Source of the DNA: an uncultured Gammaproteobacteria bacterium
GTDB taxonomy: Bacteria; Patescibacteriota; Patescibacteriia; SG8-24
NCBI GenBank assembly: GCA_964486995.1
Contig: CAZAOV010000006.1
Span: forward strand, 166-64,165
Direction of reading: 5' to 3'
Length of the DNA: 64,000 nt
Shown here: positions 45,118 through 53,568 of the stretch, one piece after another
Position numbering within the stretch: the stretch's first letter is position 1
How the letters are laid out: each line of letters begins with the position of its first letter
Translations under genes and position numbers: made by a program
Notes under the pieces: model-generated
Seen by the model: the letters and a program-made list of their open reading frames with translations, nothing else
Told to the model about the DNA's origin: nothing
The model's database searches: none

Positions 45118-45330
45118 TCTAGGGCGATTGTCTTGTGGGAGTTTTGTGTGGGGGGTGCCTGTCCCTGCGCAGGTAGAGGGGTGGAGGGTTTGCTAAGGAA
45201 GGGGAGCCGCCCCAGCGCCATCCAAAGATGAACGCGCTTACCTGAAAAACAGTCAGACTTGTTTTGAAGAGTAGCCGCCTTAAAACAAGTCTGACTGTTT
45301 TTTACGCTCCGTGGCGACCGCGACCGTGCG
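45118..45330. repeat. composite intergenic repeat, copy 2 (upstream box + palindromic element + conserved tail)
   Basis: Box ACGCGTCTTATCTTGGATTTCTAGGGCG (45118-45145); AAGATGAACGCGCTTACCTG + AAAAACAGTCAGACTTGTTTTGAAG/CTTAAAACAAGTCTGACTGTTTTT inverted repeat (45225-45302); tail ACGCTCCGTGGCGACCGCGACCGTG. Confidence 0.7.
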
Positions 45331-45427
45331 GGCGGGTAAAAGAAAGTTTCTTACCTCCTTCCACCTCTCTACCTTTACGCTCTCGTAAAAACCCCGTACA
45401 CTTTCTCCATAGAGGTAACTATTTAAT

Positions 45428-45817
45428 ATGACTGCCAAACGAATACTCACCATAGATGACGATCCTTTTTACGAGAAGCTTTATCGCGACATCTTTACCG
45501 CCAAGGGATTTGAGGTAAAACACGCCTTCAATGCTGCTGAAGGCCATGAGTTAGTTCGGAGCTTTCTTCCTGACCTCGTTACGCTGGATATTATGATGCC
45601 GGAAAAGGAGGGCATGATGGACGGCTATGGACTACTAAAGGAATTACGATGTTGTGGTAATGATTGCCAAGATGTGCCGGTTATCATGATTAGCGCTCTA
45701 GGCGAAGTCGGTGACATAAAGCGGGCAGAGGAAATCGGTGCGACTGACTTTATTCCGAAACAAAATCTGACTCCTAAGGCACTGCTCGATGAAGTTAATA
45801 GATTGTTGGGGCAGTAA
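45428..45817 (+). CDS. stand-alone response-regulator receiver (REC) domain protein
   Basis: ILTIDDDPFYEKLYRDIF (acidic pocket DD), phospho-acceptor context DLVTLDIMMP, conserved Lys region; no output domain. Confidence 0.7.
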   Translation: MTAKRILTIDDDPFYEKLYRDIFTAKGFEVKHAFNAAEGHELVRSFLPDLVTLDIMMPEKEGMMDGYGLLKELRCCGNDCQDVPVIMISALGEVGDIKRAEEIGATDFIPKQNLTPKALLDEVNRLLGQ

Positions 45818-45819
45818 TT

Positions 45820-46014
45820 ATGTCGGACGAGCTAGACAAAAAAATTGACCGCATGGCGGTCCAAATGAATGAGATATATAAATCAGTTGAGCGACTGCGT
45901 AAATTTTTTATGTGGACGTTGATTATCACCGCGGCACTATTTATCTTGCCGTTGATTGGGTTGGCGCTCTTGATTCCGTGGTATTTAAACATGATTAACA
46001 GTCTGGTCGCATGA
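45820..46014 (+). CDS. hypothetical small membrane protein
   Basis: 64 aa with one TM (MWTLIITAALFILPLIGLALLIPW); starts 3 bp after the REC gene, overlaps the next start. Confidence 0.35.
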   Translation: MSDELDKKIDRMAVQMNEIYKSVERLRKFFMWTLIITAALFILPLIGLALLIPWYLNMINSLVA

Positions 46015-46502
46015 ACAAGACCCGAGGCTTTACGCTGATTGAAATTTTAGTGACAGTGACCATTATTGCCATTATTGTCGGCATAGTGGGTATTGCCACC
46101 GTTGGTATTAGGGAGCGGGGGAGAGACACCAAAAGAAAAGCCGATCTTTCCACGTTTGGCCGATTTATTTCGCTGTCTTGTTATATGCCGGATGCTGGTC
46201 CGGGCGATTACGATTTATCTCTGATGTTGGCCGAATTTAAGGAACAAAATTCCAAATATGCCGAAATGATTGGCAGTACTCCCAAGGATCCGGCGTCCGG
46301 TACGGACGAAGATACCGGATATCGATATATTGTCAGCAACGATGGAAAAAAATGCGCTTTTTATGCTAACCTTGAAAATGAAAACGAGGAAGTAACTATC
46401 AGCCGGATTGCCGAACCCACGCCGGGCGGCGGAACCGGAACGCTCCGAGCCAGCACCGACGGGCGCAACGGCAGTCCAATTTATTTTCAGGTGTCAAATT
46501 AG
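46011..46502 (+). CDS. type IV pilin-like / pseudopilin (prepilin-type N-terminal cleavage/methylation domain)
   Basis: MNKTRGFTLIEILVTVTIIAIIVGIV: classic G-FTLIE prepilin peptidase site and hydrophobic alpha1 helix. Confidence 0.6.
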   Translation: MNKTRGFTLIEILVTVTIIAIIVGIVGIATVGIRERGRDTKRKADLSTFGRFISLSCYMPDAGPGDYDLSLMLAEFKEQNSKYAEMIGSTPKDPASGTDEDTGYRYIVSNDGKKCAFYANLENENEEVTISRIAEPTPGGGTGTLRASTDGRNGSPIYFQVSN

Positions 46503-46505
46503 TAT

Positions 46506-46877
46506 ATGAACATTGTCGTCGAAGACGAATTAGTAATAATTGAACTGGCCGGCAGCGAGAAAATAATGTCCTGCAAGCGCCGCCTCAAGATTCATCGAAA
46601 GCATATCTTGGAGGTTGTTTCAGGCGTACCAGATAACCGTTTAGAAATGCCCATGTTGGCCACGTCCATTCCGGGAGTAGTAAAAGCCGGGACTTATCTA
46701 ACACGACGCGGCAAGGAATTTTGGTTCGTTAAACCGGATAAGCATCATTATTTAACGCTGGAGCTACATGATGACGCTCCGTTTAGGCGGTTAGTGCTCG
46801 GGCTGGACGATGGCGAAGATCTGTTCTTGCAAGATTTAGGCTTAGAAGTTACAGTGCCCGTCGAAACTAGTAATTGA
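46506..46877 (+). CDS. hypothetical protein
   Basis: 123 aa directly downstream of the pilin-like gene. Confidence 0.4.
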   Translation: MNIVVEDELVIIELAGSEKIMSCKRRLKIHRKHILEVVSGVPDNRLEMPMLATSIPGVVKAGTYLTRRGKEFWFVKPDKHHYLTLELHDDAPFRRLVLGLDDGEDLFLQDLGLEVTVPVETSN

Positions 46878-46883
46878 TTTTTT

Positions 46884-47240
46884 ATGAATATCAAAGAAAT
46901 CGAAAGCAACGACCTAAAGGCAAAGATGGACGCCGGCGAGGAGTTTCTGCTAATCGACCTGCTCGGAGAGAAATCATACGAGAGTTTGCATGTACCGCAG
47001 GCTGTATCGGTTGACCCGAGTGACGGCTTTATCGATAGGGTTAAAGAGTTGACCGGTGGTGATATGGATAAACTAATCATTGTTTACGGCGCCAATTTCA
47101 GGGATGAGCTTTCCACCCGTAAAACCGCCGAGCTGTTTGAGGCCGGATTTTCCAACGTGCTAGATTTTAAGGGAGGGCTTAAAGACTGGGCGGCCGAATT
47201 ATTGCCACTGGAGGGCAGTCGGGCACCGTCGTCAAAATAA
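46884..47240 (+). CDS. rhodanese-like domain protein (no catalytic cysteine)
   Basis: Rhodanese-fold layout (LIDLLGEKSYESLHVPQAVSVD ... IIVYGANFRDELS) but the active-site position has Gly-Ala instead of Cys. Confidence 0.45.
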   Translation: MNIKEIESNDLKAKMDAGEEFLLIDLLGEKSYESLHVPQAVSVDPSDGFIDRVKELTGGDMDKLIIVYGANFRDELSTRKTAELFEAGFSNVLDFKGGLKDWAAELLPLEGSRAPSSK

Positions 47241-47251
47241 TCGCGAAGATT

Positions 47252-47280
47252 AAAAAACTGCCGTTGGGCAGTTTTTTAAT
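47252..47280 (+). terminator. Rho-independent terminator
   Basis: AAAAAACTGCCgttgGGCAGTTTTTTAA. Confidence 0.7.
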
Positions 47281-47370
47281 TCCATGCGCATTGCTATAAT
47301 AAAGACATGCTATTGGCTATAAATCACGACACTAACGTCAATACATATTTTGAATTAAAATAACACACAT

Positions 47371-47709
47371 ATGCCAAAATGGAGAATTATAATTCCCGTG
47401 GTCGTCGTGGCCCTAGTTGGCGTCATCGCGTATATGCAGCTCAACGGTGGCGTGACGATACCAGACTCCACGCCGGTTACCGAGCAGCCGACCGACGGCG
47501 AGACTGATGCAGGTCCGGTTTTAGATGGGCCGCTTGATGTCACCGGGGAAGAAGATGTGGCTGAGCAGGCCGATGCCATGATCGAGGAGCTACTCGATGA
47601 GTTAGATGATGAGGAAGAAATAGCCGGTGACGGAACGGCGGAATTGAATACGATGACTGTCGGCGAGTCCGATGCCGATATTCTTGATGTCGAATACTAT
47701 GAAGAATAA
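47371..47709 (+). CDS. hypothetical secreted acidic protein
   Basis: Signal/anchor IIPVVVVALVGVIAYMQL then D/E-rich sequence. Confidence 0.4.
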   Translation: MPKWRIIIPVVVVALVGVIAYMQLNGGVTIPDSTPVTEQPTDGETDAGPVLDGPLDVTGEEDVAEQADAMIEELLDELDDEEEIAGDGTAELNTMTVGESDADILDVEYYEE

Positions 47710-48517
47710 AGTGATAAAGACCATTGCTGCAGGGGCAGTGGCGATGCAATTCATGTTTCCGGTAGTTGCGGCAGCGCAGGACAACGGTGATGAGCCGACT
47801 ATGCGCCCGCCCGGTCGGGCAAGAGAGCAGATCATCGACCGAGTATGTGAAGCTATTAGCGGCCAGACCGAGCGAATAGAACAGCGGATAGTCGATCAGC
47901 AAGATCGCTTGGCTGAGAAACGGGCGAACCGTGACGCCAATCTAATCGAACATCAAGATAAGCGTTTGGATCGAATGGTTGAGTTGCGATCGGCATATGA
48001 CGAGCGTCATACCGAGCGCTTAGAATTACTGTTGTCAAAGACCGATGACGCCGACGTGACTGCGGCGATAAACGAGTTTGAGGATGCGCTTCAGGTAGCT
48101 CTGAGTGCTCGTCGGGCGGCATATGACGCGGCGATTGAAAAATATCGTGCTGGAGTTGATGCAGCGGTGGCTTCGCATCGATCAAAGGTTGACGCTGCCG
48201 GTGATCAGTTGAATGCGGCCATCAGTGCTGCGGTGGCCAATGCTGAGGCTGCTTGTGAAGGTGAAGAGGTCGATTTGGCGGCGATTCGAACGGCGATGCG
48301 CGATGCTATTAAGGCGGCACGGGAACAGTTCAGGACCAGCATGGACGGCCTTACTTCCCTGGGCGATGAGATTCAATCGTTGGTTGATGCACGCAACGTT
48401 GAGTTCGAGGCGGCGCGAGATGCCTTTCGATCCTCAGTTGAAGCGGCGCGGGATAAGTTGAGATCCGATTTGGAGTTGTTGCGGGTCGATGATGATGTGG
48501 ACGGGGCTCAAGAATAG
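47699..48517 (+). CDS. hypothetical secreted coiled-coil protein
   Basis: Start set at MKNKVIKTIAAGAVAMQFMFPVVAAAQ (signal peptide); a GTG at 47711 is an alternative. Remainder is A/R/E-rich helical repeats. Confidence 0.5.
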   Translation: MKNKVIKTIAAGAVAMQFMFPVVAAAQDNGDEPTMRPPGRAREQIIDRVCEAISGQTERIEQRIVDQQDRLAEKRANRDANLIEHQDKRLDRMVELRSAYDERHTERLELLLSKTDDADVTAAINEFEDALQVALSARRAAYDAAIEKYRAGVDAAVASHRSKVDAAGDQLNAAISAAVANAEAACEGEEVDLAAIRTAMRDAIKAAREQFRTSMDGLTSLGDEIQSLVDARNVEFEAARDAFRSSVEAARDKLRSDLELLRVDDDVDGAQE

Positions 48518-48528
48518 CTGATTAGCTT

Positions 48529-48575
48529 GATCTCGGAGGCGGACCGCTAGTGCGGCCCGCCTCTTTTTAATTTGC
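48529..48575 (+). terminator. Rho-independent terminator
   Basis: GAGGCGGaccgctagtgcggccCGCCTC + TTTTT. Confidence 0.65.
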
Positions 48576-48867
48576 GTCACGCCTCTTGTCTTGAGTCTTT
48601 TGGGCGGAAAAAGCAGTCCATGTTTTTTATCATGAATCTTCTTCTGACGGTTCATTGAGGGGCGTGACGCGCCGCCGCTTCCGTTCTATAGCTCTTGGGC
48701 GGCTGCGCCATTCGTCCCCGGCTGCTGGACGTCTCCCTCGTGTGGGTTTCCTCTTGCCGCCTGGCTTAGGCGGAATACGGACCTCGCGCCTCTTCCGCAT
48801 CTCTCCGCCGGATGTGCCGCCGCTGTGTTTTTTAGGGTCCGCTTCGCGGGCTGGTTAATTGAATCGA

Positions 48868-48901
48868 TATAAATAAAAAACGGGAGATGTTTCTCCCGTC
48901 A
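48868..48901 (-). terminator. Rho-independent terminator for sigma factor gene 48906..49751
   Basis: CGGGAGAtgtttCTCCCG hairpin; T-run follows on the minus strand. Confidence 0.65.
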
Positions 48902-48905
48902 ATAA

Positions 48906-49751
48906 TTAGGGTGCGGTTACACCCATGTCTTCAAGAAAGGAACGCATGCGGTTTTTGGCGCGACGCGACAATTGGCCGACGCGTGCCGTCGAGATGCAAT
49001 GCTTTTTGCCAATCACCGCGCGAGTGAGCGGGTCATCGTACATGTAGCTCATATCGATGATGTCTCGCTCGCGCGCGCTGAGCAGCGCTAGGGACAACCG
49101 CACGATTTTAGCTATCTCTTTTCGTTCAAGTTCTCGCTCGATACAGTCTGGATCTTCGCGCAGATAATCCATTAGAATCCGCGTTCCTTCTTCGCCGTGC
49201 CTGTTGCGAATCGGCCGCTGCAGCGGGATATCACCACGCAGCATACAAGCACGTCTCCGGTCACGCGTTACCCGAACTGCTTCATGGCCTGACTGGAGCG
49301 ACTTGGCCACACCCTGCATGTGCGGTCGATTAGAGAATTCGTCTTCTTCGCATGGCTCCTTCAGTTCTGGGGCACGTTTTTCGCGAACGTTAGTCTCCAC
49401 CACCGACAGCTCTCGCCAAGCCGCGCGCTGCACATGCGAGCGAATCCACGGTGCGGCATAGGTCGAAAATGCATAGCCGCGCACCGGATCGAACTTTTCT
49501 AGCGCAACCATTAGTCCGATGTAGCCTTCCTGCACCAGGTCTCGCATGTCCGCCACGAAGCCGCGATACCGGCGGGCGATTTTGACCGCCAGCGGCTTGT
49601 TGGACAAAATGATTTTTTCGCGCAGGGCCGCATCTCTGGTTCGAAAATATTCATCGACCAGAGTTTTCATCTGCTGGCCGACTGCCCCCACATCCGCTCC
49701 CTTATCAGCCACCACGGTTTTGTGATTTGGAGCTCGGCGTGCGCTCATCAC
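48906..49751 (-). CDS. RNA polymerase sigma factor, sigma-70 family (alternative-sigma size class)
   Basis: Region 2 (YIGLMVALEKFDPVRGYAFSTYAAPWIRSHVQRA) and region 4 HTH (ISTARVGQLSRRAKNRMRSFL); 281 aa. Confidence 0.7.
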   Translation of the reverse strand: MMSARRAPNHKTVVADKGADVGAVGQQMKTLVDEYFRTRDAALREKIILSNKPLAVKIARRYRGFVADMRDLVQEGYIGLMVALEKFDPVRGYAFSTYAAPWIRSHVQRAAWRELSVVETNVREKRAPELKEPCEEDEFSNRPHMQGVAKSLQSGHEAVRVTRDRRRACMLRGDIPLQRPIRNRHGEEGTRILMDYLREDPDCIERELERKEIAKIVRLSLALLSARERDIIDMSYMYDDPLTRAVIGKKHCISTARVGQLSRRAKNRMRSFLEDMGVTAP

Positions 49752-49828
49752 ATGCTCCTAACATTTATGTGGAAAGAGTTGTTCCGGGCAGAGAATCACC
49801 TTAACTTCCATACAGCAGTTTGTCAAAG

Positions 49829-49853
49829 ATGCCGCCCCTTACGGGCGGCATCT
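49829..49853 (-). terminator. putative terminator for sigma factor gene 49855..50805
   Basis: GATGCCGCCCcttacGGGCGGCATC hairpin just 3' of the stop on the minus strand. Confidence 0.5.
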
Positions 49854-49854
49854 G

Positions 49855-50805
49855 CTAGAAATCTTCAGCCAACCCGCATTCGTTATGCTGGATCACTCCG
49901 AATCCCGGAGTACCGTTTCTATCAGACAAAGCCTGACAGTAGCTGGTCAGCATGCGCGAATAGCCGTTCACTACAAGCCATTTTTTGATTTTACTAATGG
50001 CGCGCAGCTCATCCAGGCGGATGGTTTCTCTGGTTACGCCATAGTCGCGACCGATGACCGTTCGGGATTCTGGTTCGTGCGTCAAGTATCGCCGCCGAAT
50101 AACATCGCGCAACCGTTCGTTCAACACTCGTTTCATCGCCAGGCCGAGCAGGAAGCGCAAATTTCTCAGCATGATTGCGGCGTCCGCTGCCTCATCTGGC
50201 GGGAGAAGGTCGCTTTTCAGTGTCCGGATCGGCGGTCGCGTCCTGTCGTTCAAGCCAATTTGAGCATTATCTTGCTCAAGAGGAATCAGCGCCGTCATGG
50301 CATGTCGCAGATCGATAACCTTATCTACGGTTACACCGACCCTGTTGGCCAACTCCTCGGTATTTGGCTCACGTCCCAGCTCGGCAGCGAGTTTACGCTC
50401 GGCCACCTCAAGTTCGTGAGCCAATCGCCGCATGGAAACAGACAACGACCACAATACTGGCGCCCGTCTTTTGGCGTTTTGAATCGGACGGCGCAGACAC
50501 AATTCAAGATAGGTGATGAACCGCACTTCGCGTGACGGGTCAAAGGTTCTTACCGCCTCGATGCAGCCAATACAGCACTCCATCATAAGGTCCTCAATTG
50601 GAACTTTGTTGGCGGCCTTTTGCGCCCTTAGGTACATGAAGCCGATGTTGCTGCCGATGATGCGTTCCATGGCAGCGTGGTCGCCTTGTTTGGCCTGAGC
50701 AATAAGTTCTCGCTCATCCTCGTAAGTCAGTGGCGGACACCGGTCAGCAAACTTGAACAGGCTGGTCAGCGAGTCTGGCTTTGCGGAATCAAATAGGCGC
50801 GGCAT
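49855..50805 (-). CDS. RNA polymerase sigma factor, sigma-70 family
   Basis: 316 aa; region 2-like (EDLMMECCIGCIEAVRTFDPSREVRFITYLELCLRRPIQN), region 3/4 (TEELANRVGVTVDKVIDL ... RTVIGRDYGVTRETIRLDELRAISKIK). Confidence 0.65.
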   Translation of the reverse strand: MPRLFDSAKPDSLTSLFKFADRCPPLTYEDERELIAQAKQGDHAAMERIIGSNIGFMYLRAQKAANKVPIEDLMMECCIGCIEAVRTFDPSREVRFITYLELCLRRPIQNAKRRAPVLWSLSVSMRRLAHELEVAERKLAAELGREPNTEELANRVGVTVDKVIDLRHAMTALIPLEQDNAQIGLNDRTRPPIRTLKSDLLPPDEAADAAIMLRNLRFLLGLAMKRVLNERLRDVIRRRYLTHEPESRTVIGRDYGVTRETIRLDELRAISKIKKWLVVNGYSRMLTSYCQALSDRNGTPGFGVIQHNECGLAEDF

Positions 50806-50943
50806 CTCTACCTCTCATTATTTGTTATTTGCTCAAAGCATTTGAACTTGATTCAAAGAGCAAGGTGACAACTTACCTCGATTGGCGGGCGAAGTCAATA
50901 AACACTGTACGACACAGGATGTCCGTGTTATTATTTTTTTATT

Positions 50944-51870
50944 ATGAAATACGGACGAAGATCATTTGTCATCGACATTCTAATTATCATTTTAGTGCCG
51001 TTGGTGTTCACTACTGCACTTGGAATTTACGGTGCGGTCCGCCCTAAGAGGTTGGTGAGTGTGGCCGTACCGGAGCATTACGGCATCGAATACGAGAATG
51101 TCACGTTGGTGACTGAAGACTCTGTTGAGATTGCCGGCTGGTATTTTCCAGCCGAGGGACCGCCGACTGACGCGGCAATTATCGTGCTGCACGGCTACCC
51201 GACCGACAAGGGCGACTTGCTGGCGCGGTCGAAGTTTTTGTTGCGAGATTACAATTTACTGCTGATTGATTTTCGTTATTTTGGTCAAAGCGACGGTAGT
51301 TATACCACCGTCGGCGCTAAAGAGGTGGCCGACCTGATGGCGGCGATTGATTTTTTGGTGGATCGCAACATGAGCAAAATCGGCATTTACGGCTTTTCCA
51401 TGGGCGGTGCAGTTGCTTTAATGGGCGTTCCCGAGGCTAGCGGGACCATTGATGCAGTGGTGTCCGAAGCATCGTACGGCAATCTTCAGATGATGACGCG
51501 CGAAATGTATCGATATCTGGGACCCATTGAGAAACCGCTCACTTGGACCACTATCGTTGTGGCGCGGACGATTCTGGGTATTGATCCGGTTGAGGTTTCG
51601 CCGGCTGAAGCGGTGCGGGGGAGCGATGTCCCGATTCTGTTGGTACATTCTCGCGAGGATAAGGTGATAAGTTTCGATAATGCGCTATTCATTCAAGATG
51701 CGCTTATTGACAATCCCAACGCCGAATATTTATTCTTTGACCGAGGCAACCACGGTGAGGTTTCCATCGAGTTCGCCACAGCGATGAAATCATTCTTCGA
51801 CAAGCATTTGCTGGGTCGGACGTACGAGGAAAGCATGAAGGACACCGAAATTGTTAAACCCAACCAATAA
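50944..51870 (+). CDS. alpha/beta hydrolase fold protein with N-terminal membrane anchor
   Basis: Nucleophile elbow GFSMGGAVAL; HGYPTDKGD block; about 300 aa. Confidence 0.65.
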   Translation: MKYGRRSFVIDILIIILVPLVFTTALGIYGAVRPKRLVSVAVPEHYGIEYENVTLVTEDSVEIAGWYFPAEGPPTDAAIIVLHGYPTDKGDLLARSKFLLRDYNLLLIDFRYFGQSDGSYTTVGAKEVADLMAAIDFLVDRNMSKIGIYGFSMGGAVALMGVPEASGTIDAVVSEASYGNLQMMTREMYRYLGPIEKPLTWTTIVVARTILGIDPVEVSPAEAVRGSDVPILLVHSREDKVISFDNALFIQDALIDNPNAEYLFFDRGNHGEVSIEFATAMKSFFDKHLLGRTYEESMKDTEIVKPNQ

Positions 51871-52452
51871 ATGAAAATTTTACCCTTCTTGAAGGAAGTT
51901 AGCCAAGATGTGCGAATCGGAGCCGTTATGCCGAGCTCCCGTTTTGCTGTTCGGAACATCATGCGTTTTGTGCCATATGGCATTAAGACGGTTTTGGAAT
52001 ATGGTCCGGGCGATGGCGTGTTGACTAGGCATTTGCTGGCGCGGTTGCCGGCGGACGGTCGATTGGTGGCGATAGAAACCAACGGATCGATGTGTTCGGA
52101 AGTTAAGGCCATTAACGACCCTCGTTTGGTGTTAGTTAACGGTGACGCGACTCAGGCTGCCGACATTGCGGCTCGGTTAGGTTTCCATAGATTTGATTTC
52201 GTGATTTCCGGCATACCGTTCAGCATGCTGCCCACAGAAACGCGTCGATCCACAGCGCGCATGACGCATGAGTTGCTGGTGCCGGGAGGAGTTTTCTTGG
52301 TATATCAGACTTCACCCCTGATGGTGTCCTATTTGAAAAATCATTTTGACGTGCATACCGCATTTGAGCCCCGTAACGTCCCGCCGTATTTTATAATGCG
52401 CGCACTAAAGGATGGGTGTGGCTCTAGGAGTTTTTGTGACACGCAGCAATGA
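51871..52452 (+). CDS. class I SAM-dependent methyltransferase
   Basis: Motif I VLEYGPGDGVLTRHL, acidic motif II (LVAIETNGS); starts immediately after the previous stop (TAAATG). Confidence 0.55.
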   Translation: MKILPFLKEVSQDVRIGAVMPSSRFAVRNIMRFVPYGIKTVLEYGPGDGVLTRHLLARLPADGRLVAIETNGSMCSEVKAINDPRLVLVNGDATQAADIAARLGFHRFDFVISGIPFSMLPTETRRSTARMTHELLVPGGVFLVYQTSPLMVSYLKNHFDVHTAFEPRNVPPYFIMRALKDGCGSRSFCDTQQ

Positions 52453-52733
52453 CTGAAACGTTTCGAAAAAAGGTGAATGAATTCGTGTCGTCGGTGCCTG
52501 CGGGCACCGACGTTACTTATGGAGAGGTTGCGGCCGCGGTCGGACACCCAGGTGCCGCTCGCGCCGTAGGTAATATAATGAAAGCGAATCGCGATTTGTC
52601 CGTGCCGTGCCATCGGGTTGTTCGTGCTGACGGGACCGTCGGCGGCTATAACGGTTTTCGGGGCAATAAGGCGGTCATTTTGGAGAATGAGCGTGAGGGC
52701 ATAGAGAGGCTAGAAGAGCATAAAAGTAAATAA
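52449..52733 (+). CDS. MGMT-family protein (methylated-DNA-protein-cysteine methyltransferase DNA-binding domain only)
   Basis: GTDVTYGEVAAAVGHPGAARAVGNIMKANRDLSVPCHRVV contains the family PCHRV active-site motif and HTH; 94 aa with no N-terminal domain. Start overlaps the previous stop (ATGA). Confidence 0.7.
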   Translation: MTETFRKKVNEFVSSVPAGTDVTYGEVAAAVGHPGAARAVGNIMKANRDLSVPCHRVVRADGTVGGYNGFRGNKAVILENEREGIERLEEHKSK

Positions 52734-52821
52734 GGGTAGGAAGGCGGCCGAACTGGCGCATGAAAAAGCTCAATCTACTGCCCTTCTATCCTTACGTCCT
52801 TCTACACCCTGACCATTTTGT

Positions 52822-53568
52822 ATGCACCCCCACCGAACAAAAATAGGCCCAAACATCATCGCCGAATTCATGGTACCGCGCCGCAAGTCAAGGCGGACCG
52901 TGATTTTATGTGACGGTATGCCGTCGGTGCCGAGCCGAGGGAGGCTGTTGAAGTTTTTGGCGAATAGGGGAATCTGGGGCGTGCACATTAGGTATACCGG
53001 CACTTGGGAAAGCGGGGGAGAGTTTTTAGCGCGGTCACCGCATTTGGATGTGATAGATGCGGTGAATCAGCTGCCCAAAGGATTGAAAGCGGTGTGGGAC
53101 AGGCGGCTGTATTATCCGCCGACGGATAAAATTTATGTCGTTGGTTCTAGTTTCGGTGGTGCAGCGGCGTTATTGTCGTCCGCTGACCCGCGCGTTACCG
53201 GTTCGTTTGCGTTGTCGCCGGTGGTTGACTGGCAAGAAACCGGCCGCGCCGAACCGGTGGAGCTGGTATATCATCTGGTGCGCGAAGGTTTTGGTCAGGC
53301 GTATCGTTGTGACAGGCGACGGTTCAACAAATTGCTGACCGGAAAGTTCTATAATCCAATTCACGAAGCCGAAAGGCTGAACGGAGAAAAGATTCACATC
53401 GTGCATTGTGCTGACGATGACATCACCCCACTGTTCGCCACCAAACGCTTTGTCAAGAAAAACGGCGGCACTTTGATCGAATACAAACGCGGCGGACACA
53501 TGTCATTGTCAAAGATTATGACTTTAAGAATCTGGAAACGGTTTAATAAATTTATCCAATCCGTATGA
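52822..53568 (+). CDS. alpha/beta hydrolase fold protein (peptidase S9/dienelactone-hydrolase-like)
   Basis: Nucleophile elbow VVGSSFGGAAAL; C-terminal His region (GGHMSL). Confidence 0.5.
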   Translation: MHPHRTKIGPNIIAEFMVPRRKSRRTVILCDGMPSVPSRGRLLKFLANRGIWGVHIRYTGTWESGGEFLARSPHLDVIDAVNQLPKGLKAVWDRRLYYPPTDKIYVVGSSFGGAAALLSSADPRVTGSFALSPVVDWQETGRAEPVELVYHLVREGFGQAYRCDRRRFNKLLTGKFYNPIHEAERLNGEKIHIVHCADDDITPLFATKRFVKKNGGTLIEYKRGGHMSLSKIMTLRIWKRFNKFIQSV

